Shown here piece by piece: positions 9,580-19,063 of a DNA stretch of 61,753 nt (its first letter is position 1; the number at the start of each line of letters is the position of its first letter). Both the position numbers and the translations under genes were made by a program. The notes under the pieces are model-generated. The model saw only the letters and a list, made by a program, of their open reading frames with translations, did no database searches and was not told where the DNA came from. Source of the stretch: Candidatus Omnitrophota bacterium (lineage in GTDB: Bacteria; Omnitrophota; Gorgyraeia; 2-01-FULL-45-10); NCBI GenBank assembly GCA_043798375.1, contig JAZDOS010000038.1:1-61753 (forward strand), given 5' to 3'.

Positions 9580-10451
9580 TGCAAAGATATATCGATAAAT
9601 TCATAAATTATCTCAAGGTAGAGAAGGACGCGTCCCCTCATACTATAACAAATTACGGGGTAGACCTTAAGGCGTTCGGGGCATTTCTCGGCGAGAAGGA
9701 CGTTGCGGCTATCGATCACCTTGTATTACGCAAATATCTTGCCGAGATGAGGGCCAGGAATTATTCCAGGAGGACAGTTGCCAGGAAACTCGCGTCATTA
9801 AGGAGTTTCTTCAGGTTTTTATTCAGGGAAGGGCATATAAAGGCCAATCCGGTCACGGCTATATCGACGCCCAAACTTGACAAAAAACTGCCTATTGTCC
9901 TCGATGTCAATAAAGTCGCAAAACTCGTCCAGGCGCCGGCAGAAGACAGTCTTGCCGGACTTCGCGACAGGGCGATCCTGGAGACGCTCTATTCGGCCGG
10001 CATACGCGTGAGCGAACTTGTCGGGCTCAATGCGGATGACGTGGATTTTATAAGCGAGGTTATCAAGGTTTTCGGCAAGGGCCGGAAGGAGCGCATGGTT
10101 CCGGTCGGAGCGCCCGCTGTCTCGGCCCTGAGGAAGTATGTTGACAGGAAGGGCGGGCAGAAAGTGAAAGATAAGGACGCCGTGTTTCTGAATAAATCCG
10201 GCAGGCGCCTTACCGATAGGAGTGTGCGCCGGATAGTCGACAAATATATCCGCCAGACGAGCGCAGCCGTCCACATCTCGCCGCACTCGCTCCGCCATTC
10301 GTTCGCGACGCATCTCCTGGACCGCGGCGCGGATTTACGAAGCGTCCAGGAACTCCTCGGCCACATGAACCTGTCGACGACCCAGATCTATACGCACGTT
10401 ACGATGGAGCGCCTGAAGACGGTTTACGACAAAGCCCATCCTAGAGCGTAA
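9579..10451 (+). CDS. xerC: Tyrosine recombinase XerC
   Basis: GIRVSEL, GKGRKER, HSLRHSFATH, LLGH, TQIY; dprA-topA-xerC synteny. Confidence 0.9.
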   Translation: MQRYIDKFINYLKVEKDASPHTITNYGVDLKAFGAFLGEKDVAAIDHLVLRKYLAEMRARNYSRRTVARKLASLRSFFRFLFREGHIKANPVTAISTPKLDKKLPIVLDVNKVAKLVQAPAEDSLAGLRDRAILETLYSAGIRVSELVGLNADDVDFISEVIKVFGKGRKERMVPVGAPAVSALRKYVDRKGGQKVKDKDAVFLNKSGRRLTDRSVRRIVDKYIRQTSAAVHISPHSLRHSFATHLLDRGADLRSVQELLGHMNLSTTQIYTHVTMERLKTVYDKAHPRA

Positions 10452-10458
10452 TGGAGGT

Positions 10459-10692
10459 AAAATTTTTCGTGTCAAAGCGCAGGCGGTAACTTTTGTGGCC
10501 GCCTTCCGCGGACGCAAATCGGCATTAGGCATGCCGATTTGCTCGGAAAAATTTCGATGGCCGCTCAACCTGGCAATGCGTATACAATTGTCCAGTTTTC
10601 GCGTCCTTCTGTATCGCCATAATGTATCGAAATTTTTCAACGCCGCTTCAGGCGGCACACAAAAGTTCCGCCATCTCGAGAGGCGAAAATTT
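10459..10692. other. Structured intergenic element with nested inverted repeats (MITE-like or ncRNA)
   Basis: 10482-10504 pairs with 10650-10672; 10514-10525 with 10531-10542; 10546-10558 with 10626-10638. Confidence 0.6.
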
Positions 10693-10701
10693 AGGAGCAA
10701 G

Positions 10702-11967
10702 ATGCTATACGACATAGGATTCGCGATATTCTCGCTCTTCTATCTGCCGGCGCTGATATTCAAGGGCAAACTGCACGCAGGATTTGCGGAGAGATTCGGC
10801 ATGTTCAGCCCCGATAAGCGCAGGGCCCTGGAAGATGCCCGGGGCGCGATATGGATACAGGCGGTGAGTGTCGGCGAAGTGAGTGTCTGCAAAAGCCTCG
10901 TATCAAAATTAAGGACGGAACTTCCGGACAAAAAGATTGTTATCTCAACGATCACGAAGACCGGAAACGACCTGGCGAAGAAGCTCTTCTCGAAAGACGC
11001 GCTGATTTTATATTTTCCTCTCGATTTCTCACCGGTCGTGAAAAAGGTTGTAGCGTTAATAAAGCCGTGTATGTACGTTATGATAGAGACCGAGATCTGG
11101 CCCAATCTTTTGAAAGAGTTGTCGGCCGGCGGCATCCCGTCGATACTCATAAACGGAAGGATCTCCGACAGATCGATAGGCAAATACATGCTGGCCAGGC
11201 CCTTCCTTAAAAATACGCTTGGCAGGCCCGGCCGATTTTCAATGCAATCCGGGCTTGACGCCGAACGTATCATCTCCATGGGCGCGCCCGGGGACAGGGT
11301 GGAAGTCGCCGGCAATATGAAATTCGACGTCGATATCAAGGCCGACTCGAAGGCGATGGAGGTTTTAAGAGAGGCATTATCGTTAAAAGCCGACGAAGAA
11401 CTTTTTGTCGCCGGCAGTACGCATCCCGGCGAGGAAAAGGTGGTCATCGAATCTTTCAGGGAACTCCTGAAAGAGTTTCCGAAACTGAAACTCCTCATCG
11501 CGCCGCGCCACGTGGAGCGGGCGGGTGAGGTAGAAAAATTAGTGAAGACATTGGGGTTTGAGCCGGCCCGGTTATCGAACGAACACCGAAAACCGAATAC
11601 CGAAAACAGAATCTTCATACTTGACTTTATCGGCCAAATGAGCGCCGCCTATGCGGCCGCGACGATAGTCTACATCGGAGGCAGCCTCGTGAAACACGGC
11701 GGGCAGAATCCGATAGAGCCGGCGATATTCGGAAAGCCGGTTTTATTCGGGCCGTATATGTTTAATTTCAGGGATATCTCCGCGGCATTCCTGAAAAATA
11801 ACGCCGCGATCCGGGTTCAAAATTTAGAAGAGATAGTCAAGAACGCCAAGGTTTTATTGAAGGACAGGGCTAATCGTGATGAGATCGGTAAACTTGCCAA
11901 AGGGACAGCGATTGCCGGCCGCGGCGCGACCGGGCGTAATGTCGAAATACTGAAAAAATATGCGTAA
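10702..11967 (+). CDS. waaA: Kdo transferase
   Basis: WIQAVSVGE, PLDF, ETEIWPN, NGRIS, GSTHPGEE, PRH, GGQNPIEPA; AGGAG RBS before ATG 10702. Confidence 0.93.
   Translation: MLYDIGFAIFSLFYLPALIFKGKLHAGFAERFGMFSPDKRRALEDARGAIWIQAVSVGEVSVCKSLVSKLRTELPDKKIVISTITKTGNDLAKKLFSKDALILYFPLDFSPVVKKVVALIKPCMYVMIETEIWPNLLKELSAGGIPSILINGRISDRSIGKYMLARPFLKNTLGRPGRFSMQSGLDAERIISMGAPGDRVEVAGNMKFDVDIKADSKAMEVLREALSLKADEELFVAGSTHPGEEKVVIESFRELLKEFPKLKLLIAPRHVERAGEVEKLVKTLGFEPARLSNEHRKPNTENRIFILDFIGQMSAAYAAATIVYIGGSLVKHGGQNPIEPAIFGKPVLFGPYMFNFRDISAAFLKNNAAIRVQNLEEIVKNAKVLLKDRANRDEIGKLAKGTAIAGRGATGRNVEILKKYA
11580..11607. repeat. In-frame heptamer tract 4 x CGAANAC in waaA
   Basis: CGAACAC CGAAAAC CGAATAC CGAAAAC, encoding EHRKPNTEN. 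Confidence 0.7.
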
Positions 11968-13009
11968 TTTTATTTATTCCTTGATGACAGACAGGAGAAG
12001 CGGCCCGGTAGTCGCGCCGTTAAAGTTTATTTTATATCTCGCGTCGCTGCCTTATGGCATCGCGATATATATAAGGAGGCTCCTTTACAACTGCGGAATA
12101 TTCAAAAGCAAAAAGGTGCCGATGAAGGTCATAAGCGTCGGAAACCTGACGCTCGGCGGCACGGGCAAGACGCCTTTTGTGATATGCCTGTCAAAAATAT
12201 TGAACGACCAATTGAAGAAGAGGGTCAGCGTCCTGATACGCGGCTACGGCTGGGATGAGCAGAACATGCTCAAGAAGAAAATGCCGGATATACCGATACT
12301 CGTCGGCGAGGACAGGGCGCGTTCGGCGCACAAAGCCATTAAACTTTATGGCAGCGATACGGCGGTGCTCGACGACGGGTTTCAGCATTGGGAGCTCGAC
12401 AGGGACCTCGATATAGTGCTCGTGGATTCCCGGAATCCGTTCGGCAATAGAAAGCTTTTCCCCCGCGGCATACTCCGGGAGAGGCTAAATGCCATGCGGC
12501 GCGCGGATGTAGCGGTATTTACAAAGGTTGACAAGGCCGGGCACGGCCTCGACAGCATAAAAGCGGAGATCAGGCGTTATAAAGACGATATGATATTCGT
12601 TGAGGCGGTGCATAAGCCGGTTTGTATCCGCGACCTGAGGAACAGGAAGGATGTCGGGCTTGCGTATTTTAAAGGAAAGAGGCTGATACTCGTTTCCAGC
12701 ATAGGCGATCCGTCGTATTTCGAAGAGACGGTGAGGGATTTTGGCGCCGACATAGCGGAACATATAATATTTCCCGATCATCACAACTATACACAAGCCG
12801 ATATGGCGCGCATATTGCGGAGGTGCGATGAGCGAAAGTTCGATTTCGTATTGATGACCGAAAAGGACGAAGTGAAGATCCGCAGGATGTCTTTGTCGTT
12901 CGAAAAATACATTCCCATGACTCTGGTTGTCGAGATGGACATAGTAGCGGGAAAGGAGCTTTTGATTGATAGACTTAATAGCCTATATAACCGTAAGGCT
13001 GCTAAATAA
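11960..13009 (+). CDS. lpxK: Tetraacyldisaccharide 4'-kinase
   Basis: SVGNLTLGGTGKTP, RGYG, LDDGFQH, FPDHH, TEKD. Confidence 0.93.
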   Translation: MRNFIYSLMTDRRSGPVVAPLKFILYLASLPYGIAIYIRRLLYNCGIFKSKKVPMKVISVGNLTLGGTGKTPFVICLSKILNDQLKKRVSVLIRGYGWDEQNMLKKKMPDIPILVGEDRARSAHKAIKLYGSDTAVLDDGFQHWELDRDLDIVLVDSRNPFGNRKLFPRGILRERLNAMRRADVAVFTKVDKAGHGLDSIKAEIRRYKDDMIFVEAVHKPVCIRDLRNRKDVGLAYFKGKRLILVSSIGDPSYFEETVRDFGADIAEHIIFPDHHNYTQADMARILRRCDERKFDFVLMTEKDEVKIRRMSLSFEKYIPMTLVVEMDIVAGKELLIDRLNSLYNRKAAK

Positions 13010-14909
13010 AATATTCGCGCTTATCCCCATAAGCATTTCGTTATGGTTCGGAAGACGGATGGGTGGAATTGCCTTCTTCTTTAACAGGCGCAGGCGGGTT
13101 ATCGCGTATGCCAACCTCAAGGCCGCGTTCGCGAAAGACAAATCACCGCGGGAATTGAGGGCGGTCACGAAGCGCGTCTACCAGAATATGGTCCAGACAT
13201 TTATCGAGGTCCTGAACCTTACCAAGATAAATAAAAGATATGTCGACCGGTATGTGGATGTCATAAATTTTCAGCGGCTGAAAGATGCCGCGAAATCCGG
13301 CCGGGGGACGATACTCCTCACGGCTCACTTCGGCGACTGGGAATTGTCGAGCCTGGTGAGCTCGGTCATCGGCTTCCCGATAATGGTCCTTGTCAGAGAA
13401 CAGAAGATGAAGCGCTTGAACGAGCTTCTGAACCGCTTGAGGGAATCGAACGGCTGTAAAGTAATAAGGAAGGGGATGTCGATAAAAAGTATCCTGAAGG
13501 CGCTCTACGGTAAAAATATAGTAGGCATACTCTCGGACCAGGACGCCGGGAAGAACGGGATGTTCGTGGATTTCTTCGGGCGTCCGGCATCATGCCACGC
13601 GGGCCCGTTCGAGATGGCAAAACATACCGGCTCATTGATACTTCCGAATTTCAATGTGCGCACAGGCGGCCCGTACCATAAGCTTTACCTGGAAGATTAT
13701 ATAGATTTCAACCGGGCCGGTTCTTCCGACGACATAAGGCAGAACCTGCAGAGATTTACGAAGCTGCTCGAATCTTATATCAGAAAGTATCCGGACCAGT
13801 GGTTGTGGCTGCATAAGAGGTGGAAGTCCACACCCGTAAGGACGGTCCTTGTCATAAATGACGGCAGGACGGGCCATCTCAATCAATCGCTCGCGGTTGC
13901 GCGCGAAATCCAGAGGGCGCGCGTTACCCGGGGTTACAGGATCGACGACACGAAGATCGAAATCGTCGACATCAGGTATAAGAACGGATTTTCGCGCGCG
14001 CTCTTATCCGCATGCGCCGGTTTCGCGACGTGGCGCTGTCACGGCTGTATGAGGTGCATGAAGTTCTGTCTCGAGAAAGAAAGCTATGATAGATTGATGA
14101 AGGCCTATTCCGATTTTGTCGTCTCATGCGGTTCAGGTTCCGCGCCGGTAAATATCTTTATGTCGAAAGAGAATAACGCGAAGAATGTGGTAGTGATGAA
14201 GCCCGGTGTATTCATGGGCCTTAATAAATTCAGCCTTGCCGTGATTCCCCGGCATGACGAGCCCGCGAGGAGAAAGAACGTCATTACTACGCGCCTTGCG
14301 CCCAACCTTGTGGATGCGGAGATGTTGAGATCGGACGGCGAGAAGCTGGGGGCCGCCGCGAGGATCGGGAAAGAAACGGTTGTGGGGCTTCTCATCGGCG
14401 GCGACAACCCGGAATTTTCGCTTACTAAAGAGAATATCGATAACGCGATAGATAATATATTAAGATTTTCGGAAAGGACCGATGCGGACATACTGGCTAC
14501 TACTTCCAGAAGGACGCCTCCCGAGGTAGAAAAAATCCTTAAAGAGAAGCTGGGAAAACATCCCAGGTGCAGGCTTCTTATCATAGCGAACGAGAAGAAT
14601 TACGATTTTGCGGTCGGCGGCATATTGAGTTTAGCCGGCATTGTTGTGGTCTCGGGCGAATCGGTCTCGATGGTGTCGGAGGCGGTTACATCCGGCAAGC
14701 GCGTCGCGGTATTTAAGCCCGAGAAGAAGAATAGGGCCATGTCGAAGCACGAAAAGGCTTTGGACATTCTAAAAAAGTCCGACTACATCACCTATTCAAG
14801 GCCGGAGCATCTGGAGATATACCTCTACAGGCTCTGGGGCGACGAAACGCCGCCGAAAGATCCCGGCGACAGGGAGAAGATATTCGCCGCGGTTCGAAGG
14901 TTGATATGA
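12966..14909 (+). CDS. Lipid A acyltransferase (LpxL/HtrB-like) fused to an ELM1/GtrOC1-like domain
   Basis: N-part HFGDWE, DQD, FFGRPA, PDQWLWLHKRWK; C-part DGRTGHLNQS, PRHD, LIGG, TTSRRTP, ESVSMVSEA. Confidence 0.8.
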   Translation: MIDLIAYITVRLLNKIFALIPISISLWFGRRMGGIAFFFNRRRRVIAYANLKAAFAKDKSPRELRAVTKRVYQNMVQTFIEVLNLTKINKRYVDRYVDVINFQRLKDAAKSGRGTILLTAHFGDWELSSLVSSVIGFPIMVLVREQKMKRLNELLNRLRESNGCKVIRKGMSIKSILKALYGKNIVGILSDQDAGKNGMFVDFFGRPASCHAGPFEMAKHTGSLILPNFNVRTGGPYHKLYLEDYIDFNRAGSSDDIRQNLQRFTKLLESYIRKYPDQWLWLHKRWKSTPVRTVLVINDGRTGHLNQSLAVAREIQRARVTRGYRIDDTKIEIVDIRYKNGFSRALLSACAGFATWRCHGCMRCMKFCLEKESYDRLMKAYSDFVVSCGSGSAPVNIFMSKENNAKNVVVMKPGVFMGLNKFSLAVIPRHDEPARRKNVITTRLAPNLVDAEMLRSDGEKLGAAARIGKETVVGLLIGGDNPEFSLTKENIDNAIDNILRFSERTDADILATTSRRTPPEVEKILKEKLGKHPRCRLLIIANEKNYDFAVGGILSLAGIVVVSGESVSMVSEAVTSGKRVAVFKPEKKNRAMSKHEKALDILKKSDYITYSRPEHLEIYLYRLWGDETPPKDPGDREKIFAAVRRLI

Positions 14910-15018
14910 ATATTACCAATACAACCTTTACCAATACAACCTTAGAGGTTGCCTGCGGCAACCTCTAAGGTTGTATTGGTAATATTCATATTAGAGGTTG
15001 CCTGCGGCAACCTCTAAT
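14904..15018. repeat. Nested palindromic repeat (CAACCT-N3-AGGTTG family)
   Basis: Perfect 26-bp arms 14928-14953 / 14957-14982; 15-bp tandem duplication at 14914-14943; second core copy at 14990-15018. Confidence 0.9.
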
Positions 15019-15034
15019 GTTGACAAAGGGTTTT

Positions 15035-17173
15035 ATGAACATCCTGCAGATTCTACCATCGTTGGACGTCGGCGGGGTCGAGACCGGTACGGTCGACCTC
15101 GCGAAATACCTCGTTTCGCGCGGGCATAAGGCGGTCACGGTCTCCTCCGGCGGAAGGCTTGCCAAAGAGCTCGACGCCATAGGCGCGCGCCATTATAATT
15201 TACCCGTCGGCAGGAAATCCCTCTCAAGTATCATAAGAATGATCGGCGCGGTGAAAGATGTTATCAGAAGGGAGGACATCGATATAGTCCACGCGCGCTC
15301 GCGCGTTCCGGCGTTAATCGCGTTCTTTGCCTGTAAGGCCACGGCAAGGACGTTTATCACGACGGCCCACGGTTATTATAAAAAACATCTGATGAGCGAA
15401 TCGATGTCATGGGGCAAATTCGTCATAGTCGCTTCGAATATCATGGCCAAACACATGGTCCATGATTTCGGCGTGCCGCCCGAAAGGATCAGGCTGATCC
15501 CCAGGGGCGTAGATATAGCGAGATTTAAATTCAGGGATCCGGCATCCCGCGCCTCGAAAGAATTTGTCATCGGGATGGTCTCAAGGATAACGCCCCTGAA
15601 AGGCCATATGGATTTTATCAGGGCCGTATCGATATTGAACCGCAAAATTCCTCAATTGCGGGCCCTCATCGCGGGAGACGCGCCGAAAAATAAATACAAA
15701 GAAGATCTCGAGCTTCTCATAAGAAGGCTTGGCGTGGCGAACATGATCAAATTTTTACCGGCCACTCACGATGTCCCGTCTATTATGAATGACCTGGATA
15801 TCCTCGTATCGGCCACGATAACGCCGGAAGCCTTCGGGAGGGTGATCATCGAGGCGCACGCCTCGGGCGTTCCGGTAGTGACGACCAGGGTAGGCGGGAT
15901 AGTGGATATAGTGGAGGACGGGAAGACCGGATTATTTACGGCTCCGCAAAACCCCAAAGAGATGGCTGAAAAGATATTTAAACTTTACGAAGACAGGGGC
16001 CTCTGGAAGAAAATAGCTTACGAGTCGAGAAAGAGCGTCGAGACGACATTCAACCTGGATAAGATGATGGAGAAGACCATCGGCGTTTATGAAGAATCCC
16101 TGAGAACGTCAAACATTCTCGTAATAAAGATGAGCGCCATAGGTGATTGTATTTTGTCCGTTCCGTCGCTTGCGGCCATTCGCGCGGCGTACCCGAATGC
16201 CGTTATAAAAGTATTGGTCGGCATTCGGTCGAGAGAGGTGCTCGACGCCTGTCCTTATATCGATGAGCTCGTAGTGTGCGATCTTAAAGGAAAGGATAAA
16301 GGTATTCCGGGGCTTTGGCGGCTCGGCAGAGTTCTTCGCAAATCGTGTTTCGATATAGCTATAGACCTTCAGAATTCGAAGAAGAGCCATATCCTTTCGG
16401 CCATGAGCTTTGCTCCGCTAAGGTACGGCTATGACAACAGGAAATTTTCGTTTCTTTTGAATAAGAAAATAAAGGACGACGCGCCGTACCTGGATCCCAT
16501 AGAACATCAATCCAGGACGCTCGCGCTTGCGGGCGTGAAGCTGGCGGATAAAAGCCTCCGGCTTTGGCCTTCCGGCTCCGACGAAGAAAACGCGCGGAAA
16601 TTTCTCATCGATAACTGGGTGAAGCCGGAACAGGCCCTTGTCGGAATAAATATAAGGGCATCGGCGAAGTGGGTTACCAAGAATTGGCCGGTCTCGTCCA
16701 TAGCGGCGCTCTCGGACAGGCTCGCAAAAGAGCTGAATACGAGGGTCGTCCTGACGGGCGCCTCCGAAGACGCGGAATTCGCCCGTCACGTATCGGGCCG
16801 GACAAAATCGAAACCGATCATCGCCGCGGGGCGAACGAGCCTGATGGAGCTCGCGTGCCTCATGAAACGGTTCAGCGTCTTTTTGACGCCGGATTCAGCG
16901 CCCATGCATATTGCCTCGGCAGTCGGTGTGCCGTTCGTAGCTTTGTTCGGGCCGACCGATCCGGCCAGGCACCTCGCGCCGTCCGGAACCGGCATCGTGA
17001 TCCGCAAATCCGGCGAACTTAAATGCAGCCCGTGTTATAGCCCGACCTGCATGAAGAATTTCCTGTGCATGAAGAAGATTACCGTCGACGAAGTTTTTAA
17101 CGCTATGAAGAGTTTTATTATTAATGAGAAAGAGGCTGGAATTGAGAGTGCTTCAGGTAACAACGCATCTTAA
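15035..17173 (+). CDS. GT4 glycosyltransferase fused to a GT9 heptosyltransferase-like domain
   Basis: GGVETG, HARSR, EAFGRVIIEA (GT4); SAIGD, DSAPMH, LFGPT, CSPC (GT9). Confidence 0.85.
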   Translation: MNILQILPSLDVGGVETGTVDLAKYLVSRGHKAVTVSSGGRLAKELDAIGARHYNLPVGRKSLSSIIRMIGAVKDVIRREDIDIVHARSRVPALIAFFACKATARTFITTAHGYYKKHLMSESMSWGKFVIVASNIMAKHMVHDFGVPPERIRLIPRGVDIARFKFRDPASRASKEFVIGMVSRITPLKGHMDFIRAVSILNRKIPQLRALIAGDAPKNKYKEDLELLIRRLGVANMIKFLPATHDVPSIMNDLDILVSATITPEAFGRVIIEAHASGVPVVTTRVGGIVDIVEDGKTGLFTAPQNPKEMAEKIFKLYEDRGLWKKIAYESRKSVETTFNLDKMMEKTIGVYEESLRTSNILVIKMSAIGDCILSVPSLAAIRAAYPNAVIKVLVGIRSREVLDACPYIDELVVCDLKGKDKGIPGLWRLGRVLRKSCFDIAIDLQNSKKSHILSAMSFAPLRYGYDNRKFSFLLNKKIKDDAPYLDPIEHQSRTLALAGVKLADKSLRLWPSGSDEENARKFLIDNWVKPEQALVGINIRASAKWVTKNWPVSSIAALSDRLAKELNTRVVLTGASEDAEFARHVSGRTKSKPIIAAGRTSLMELACLMKRFSVFLTPDSAPMHIASAVGVPFVALFGPTDPARHLAPSGTGIVIRKSGELKCSPCYSPTCMKNFLCMKKITVDEVFNAMKSFIINEKEAGIESASGNNAS

Positions 17174-18236
17174 CACAGGCGGGATATCCAATTACATAGT
17201 CTCCTTATCCGGAGCGTTGAAAGAGAGGCTTGTCGATACCGTCGCGGCCTCGAGCGGCGGCAATATGGAGAAAGAATTACGGGACCGCGGGATACCGCAT
17301 AAGGCGCTTGAGATGGATACAAAATTCGAATTCGGCCCGAAGGTATTCAAATCGGCCTTAACACTTACCGGGATTATCAGGCAGGAAAAGATCGATATAA
17401 TCCATGCCCATTCCAGGGTCTCCCAGGCGGCGGCGTCTTTGGCGTCGATGATGTCCGGAGCGCCGCTTGTTACGACATGCCACGGCTATTTCCAGAAGAG
17501 GTCGAGGGGGGTTTTCGACACATGGGGTAAAAAGGTTGTCGCTATAAGCGACGCTGTTAAAACGCATCTGGAAGAAGACCTCGGCGTCAAGGCCGGCAGG
17601 ATCGAATTGATATATAACGGTGTGGATATAGATCAATTCTCGGGGCGTAGTTCCGATGAAGAGGTCGACAGGATAAGAAAAGAGCTTGGTGCGCGCGGCG
17701 GCCCCGTTATAGGAACCGTAGGCAGGCTTTCGCCTGTCAAGGGCCATAGGTTCCTGGTTGAAGCGATGCGCGATGTCGTTCGCGCCGCGCCGGATATCAG
17801 GTGCCTGATCGTCGGGAGCGGCGATGAGGAGTTCGAACTGAAAAACCTTGCGGGGTCGTTGGGGCTTAAGGACGCGATTCGTTTCTTTCCCTCTACTCCC
17901 GATACCCGCAGATTCCTGTCGGCCATGGATGTCTTTGTCTTTCCTTCGGTAAAGGAAGGGCTTGGTATCGCGCTTTTGGAGGCCTTCGCTTCAGGGAAGG
18001 CCTGCGTCGCGTCGGATACGGGGGGGATAGGTAACGTCGTGGAAGACGGCGTTACGGGGCTCCTCGTGCCGGTCGGCGATCCCCCGGCTATGGCCAAAGC
18101 CGTCCTGAAACTTATCGGAGACGCGCCGCTTCGAAGACAGCTGGGCGATAACGCCAGGGCGCTCGTCGTGAAAAAATTTACGCTGGACGAAATGGCGGCC
18201 AGAATGATCGAATTTTACAGGGGTGTAATCGGATGA
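17124..18236 (+). CDS. GT4 family glycosyltransferase
   Basis: GGISNY, GRLSPVKG, EGLGIALLEA; start could be TTG 17142. Confidence 0.88.
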   Translation: MRKRLELRVLQVTTHLNTGGISNYIVSLSGALKERLVDTVAASSGGNMEKELRDRGIPHKALEMDTKFEFGPKVFKSALTLTGIIRQEKIDIIHAHSRVSQAAASLASMMSGAPLVTTCHGYFQKRSRGVFDTWGKKVVAISDAVKTHLEEDLGVKAGRIELIYNGVDIDQFSGRSSDEEVDRIRKELGARGGPVIGTVGRLSPVKGHRFLVEAMRDVVRAAPDIRCLIVGSGDEEFELKNLAGSLGLKDAIRFFPSTPDTRRFLSAMDVFVFPSVKEGLGIALLEAFASGKACVASDTGGIGNVVEDGVTGLLVPVGDPPAMAKAVLKLIGDAPLRRQLGDNARALVVKKFTLDEMAARMIEFYRGVIG

Positions 18237-19063
18237 ACCCCGTTAGAAATATCTATTCATCAAAAGACTTGGAAAAAATTTCTAACGGGGTGAAGAAAAA
18301 AATAATTATAATATCAGCCGCCGTTATCGTATTTATTGCCGGAGCCGTTTTCTTTTATAAAATGGGCTATGTTGTCCCTGTTCTCATGTATCATTCGATA
18401 GATTATAACGACAGGGTTACAAAGCTGTCGCTATCTCCTGAAAGCTTCCGCCGCCAGATGGAATTTCTGCATAAGCGCCGGTATAACGTTCTGCCGCTCG
18501 AAAAAATCATTCCTTATATCGAGAAGAAAAAGAAGGTTCCGCCCGGAACGGTGGCGATCACTTTCGACGACGGTTACTACAATAACTATAAATACGCGTA
18601 TCCGGTTTTGAAAAAATATAATCTGCCGGCGACGATATTCGTGATCGTGAATAAGGTAGGCGCGCCCGGCTATCTTAACTGGAAAGAGATTAAGGAGATG
18701 TCGGATTCGGGCATAATCACCATAGGAAGCCATACGATGAACCATCTTTGGCTTCCGGATGTCGCGCCGCGGGTTCTGGAAAAAGAGGTTAAGGAGTCGA
18801 AAGAGATCCTCGAGAAAAGGCTGGGGAAGGATGTAAAGTTATTCTGTTATCCCATAGGGGCTCATGATAAAAAGGTGGAGAAGGCCGTTGAAGATGCGGG
18901 GTATGCGTGCGCGGTCGCGACAAATCCGGGAAGATTTAAGCCGACGGACGACATTTACGCCATCAAGAGGGTAAGGATCTCGCGCACATCCGACAATATG
19001 TTCGTATTCTGGGTCGAGACGAGCGGGATCTATACATGGATCAAAGAGCACAGAGATGAGTGA
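18233..19063 (+). CDS. Polysaccharide deacetylase (NodB/CE4)
   Basis: LMYH, TFDDG, GSHTMNH, YPIG; the first ~19 codons come from an inserted palindromic element. Confidence 0.88.
   Translation: MNPVRNIYSSKDLEKISNGVKKKIIIISAAVIVFIAGAVFFYKMGYVVPVLMYHSIDYNDRVTKLSLSPESFRRQMEFLHKRRYNVLPLEKIIPYIEKKKKVPPGTVAITFDDGYYNNYKYAYPVLKKYNLPATIFVIVNKVGAPGYLNWKEIKEMSDSGIITIGSHTMNHLWLPDVAPRVLEKEVKESKEILEKRLGKDVKLFCYPIGAHDKKVEKAVEDAGYACAVATNPGRFKPTDDIYAIKRVRISRTSDNMFVFWVETSGIYTWIKEHRDE
18238..18290. mobile_element. CCCCGTTAGA mini-element, copy 1 (53 bp)
   Basis: 13-bp TIR CCCCGTTAGAAAT/ATTTCTAACGGGG; TGAA duplicated at 18234-18237 and 18291-18294. Confidence 0.85.

Noticed and set aside
9579-10451. xerC as a prophage or island integrase
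   Set aside because: It has typical XerC length and sits in the housekeeping dprA-topA-xerC order with no phage genes.
14904-15018. Possible CRISPR array
   Set aside because: Only two core copies, the intervening DNA is a mirrored flank and not a unique spacer, and no cas genes are present.
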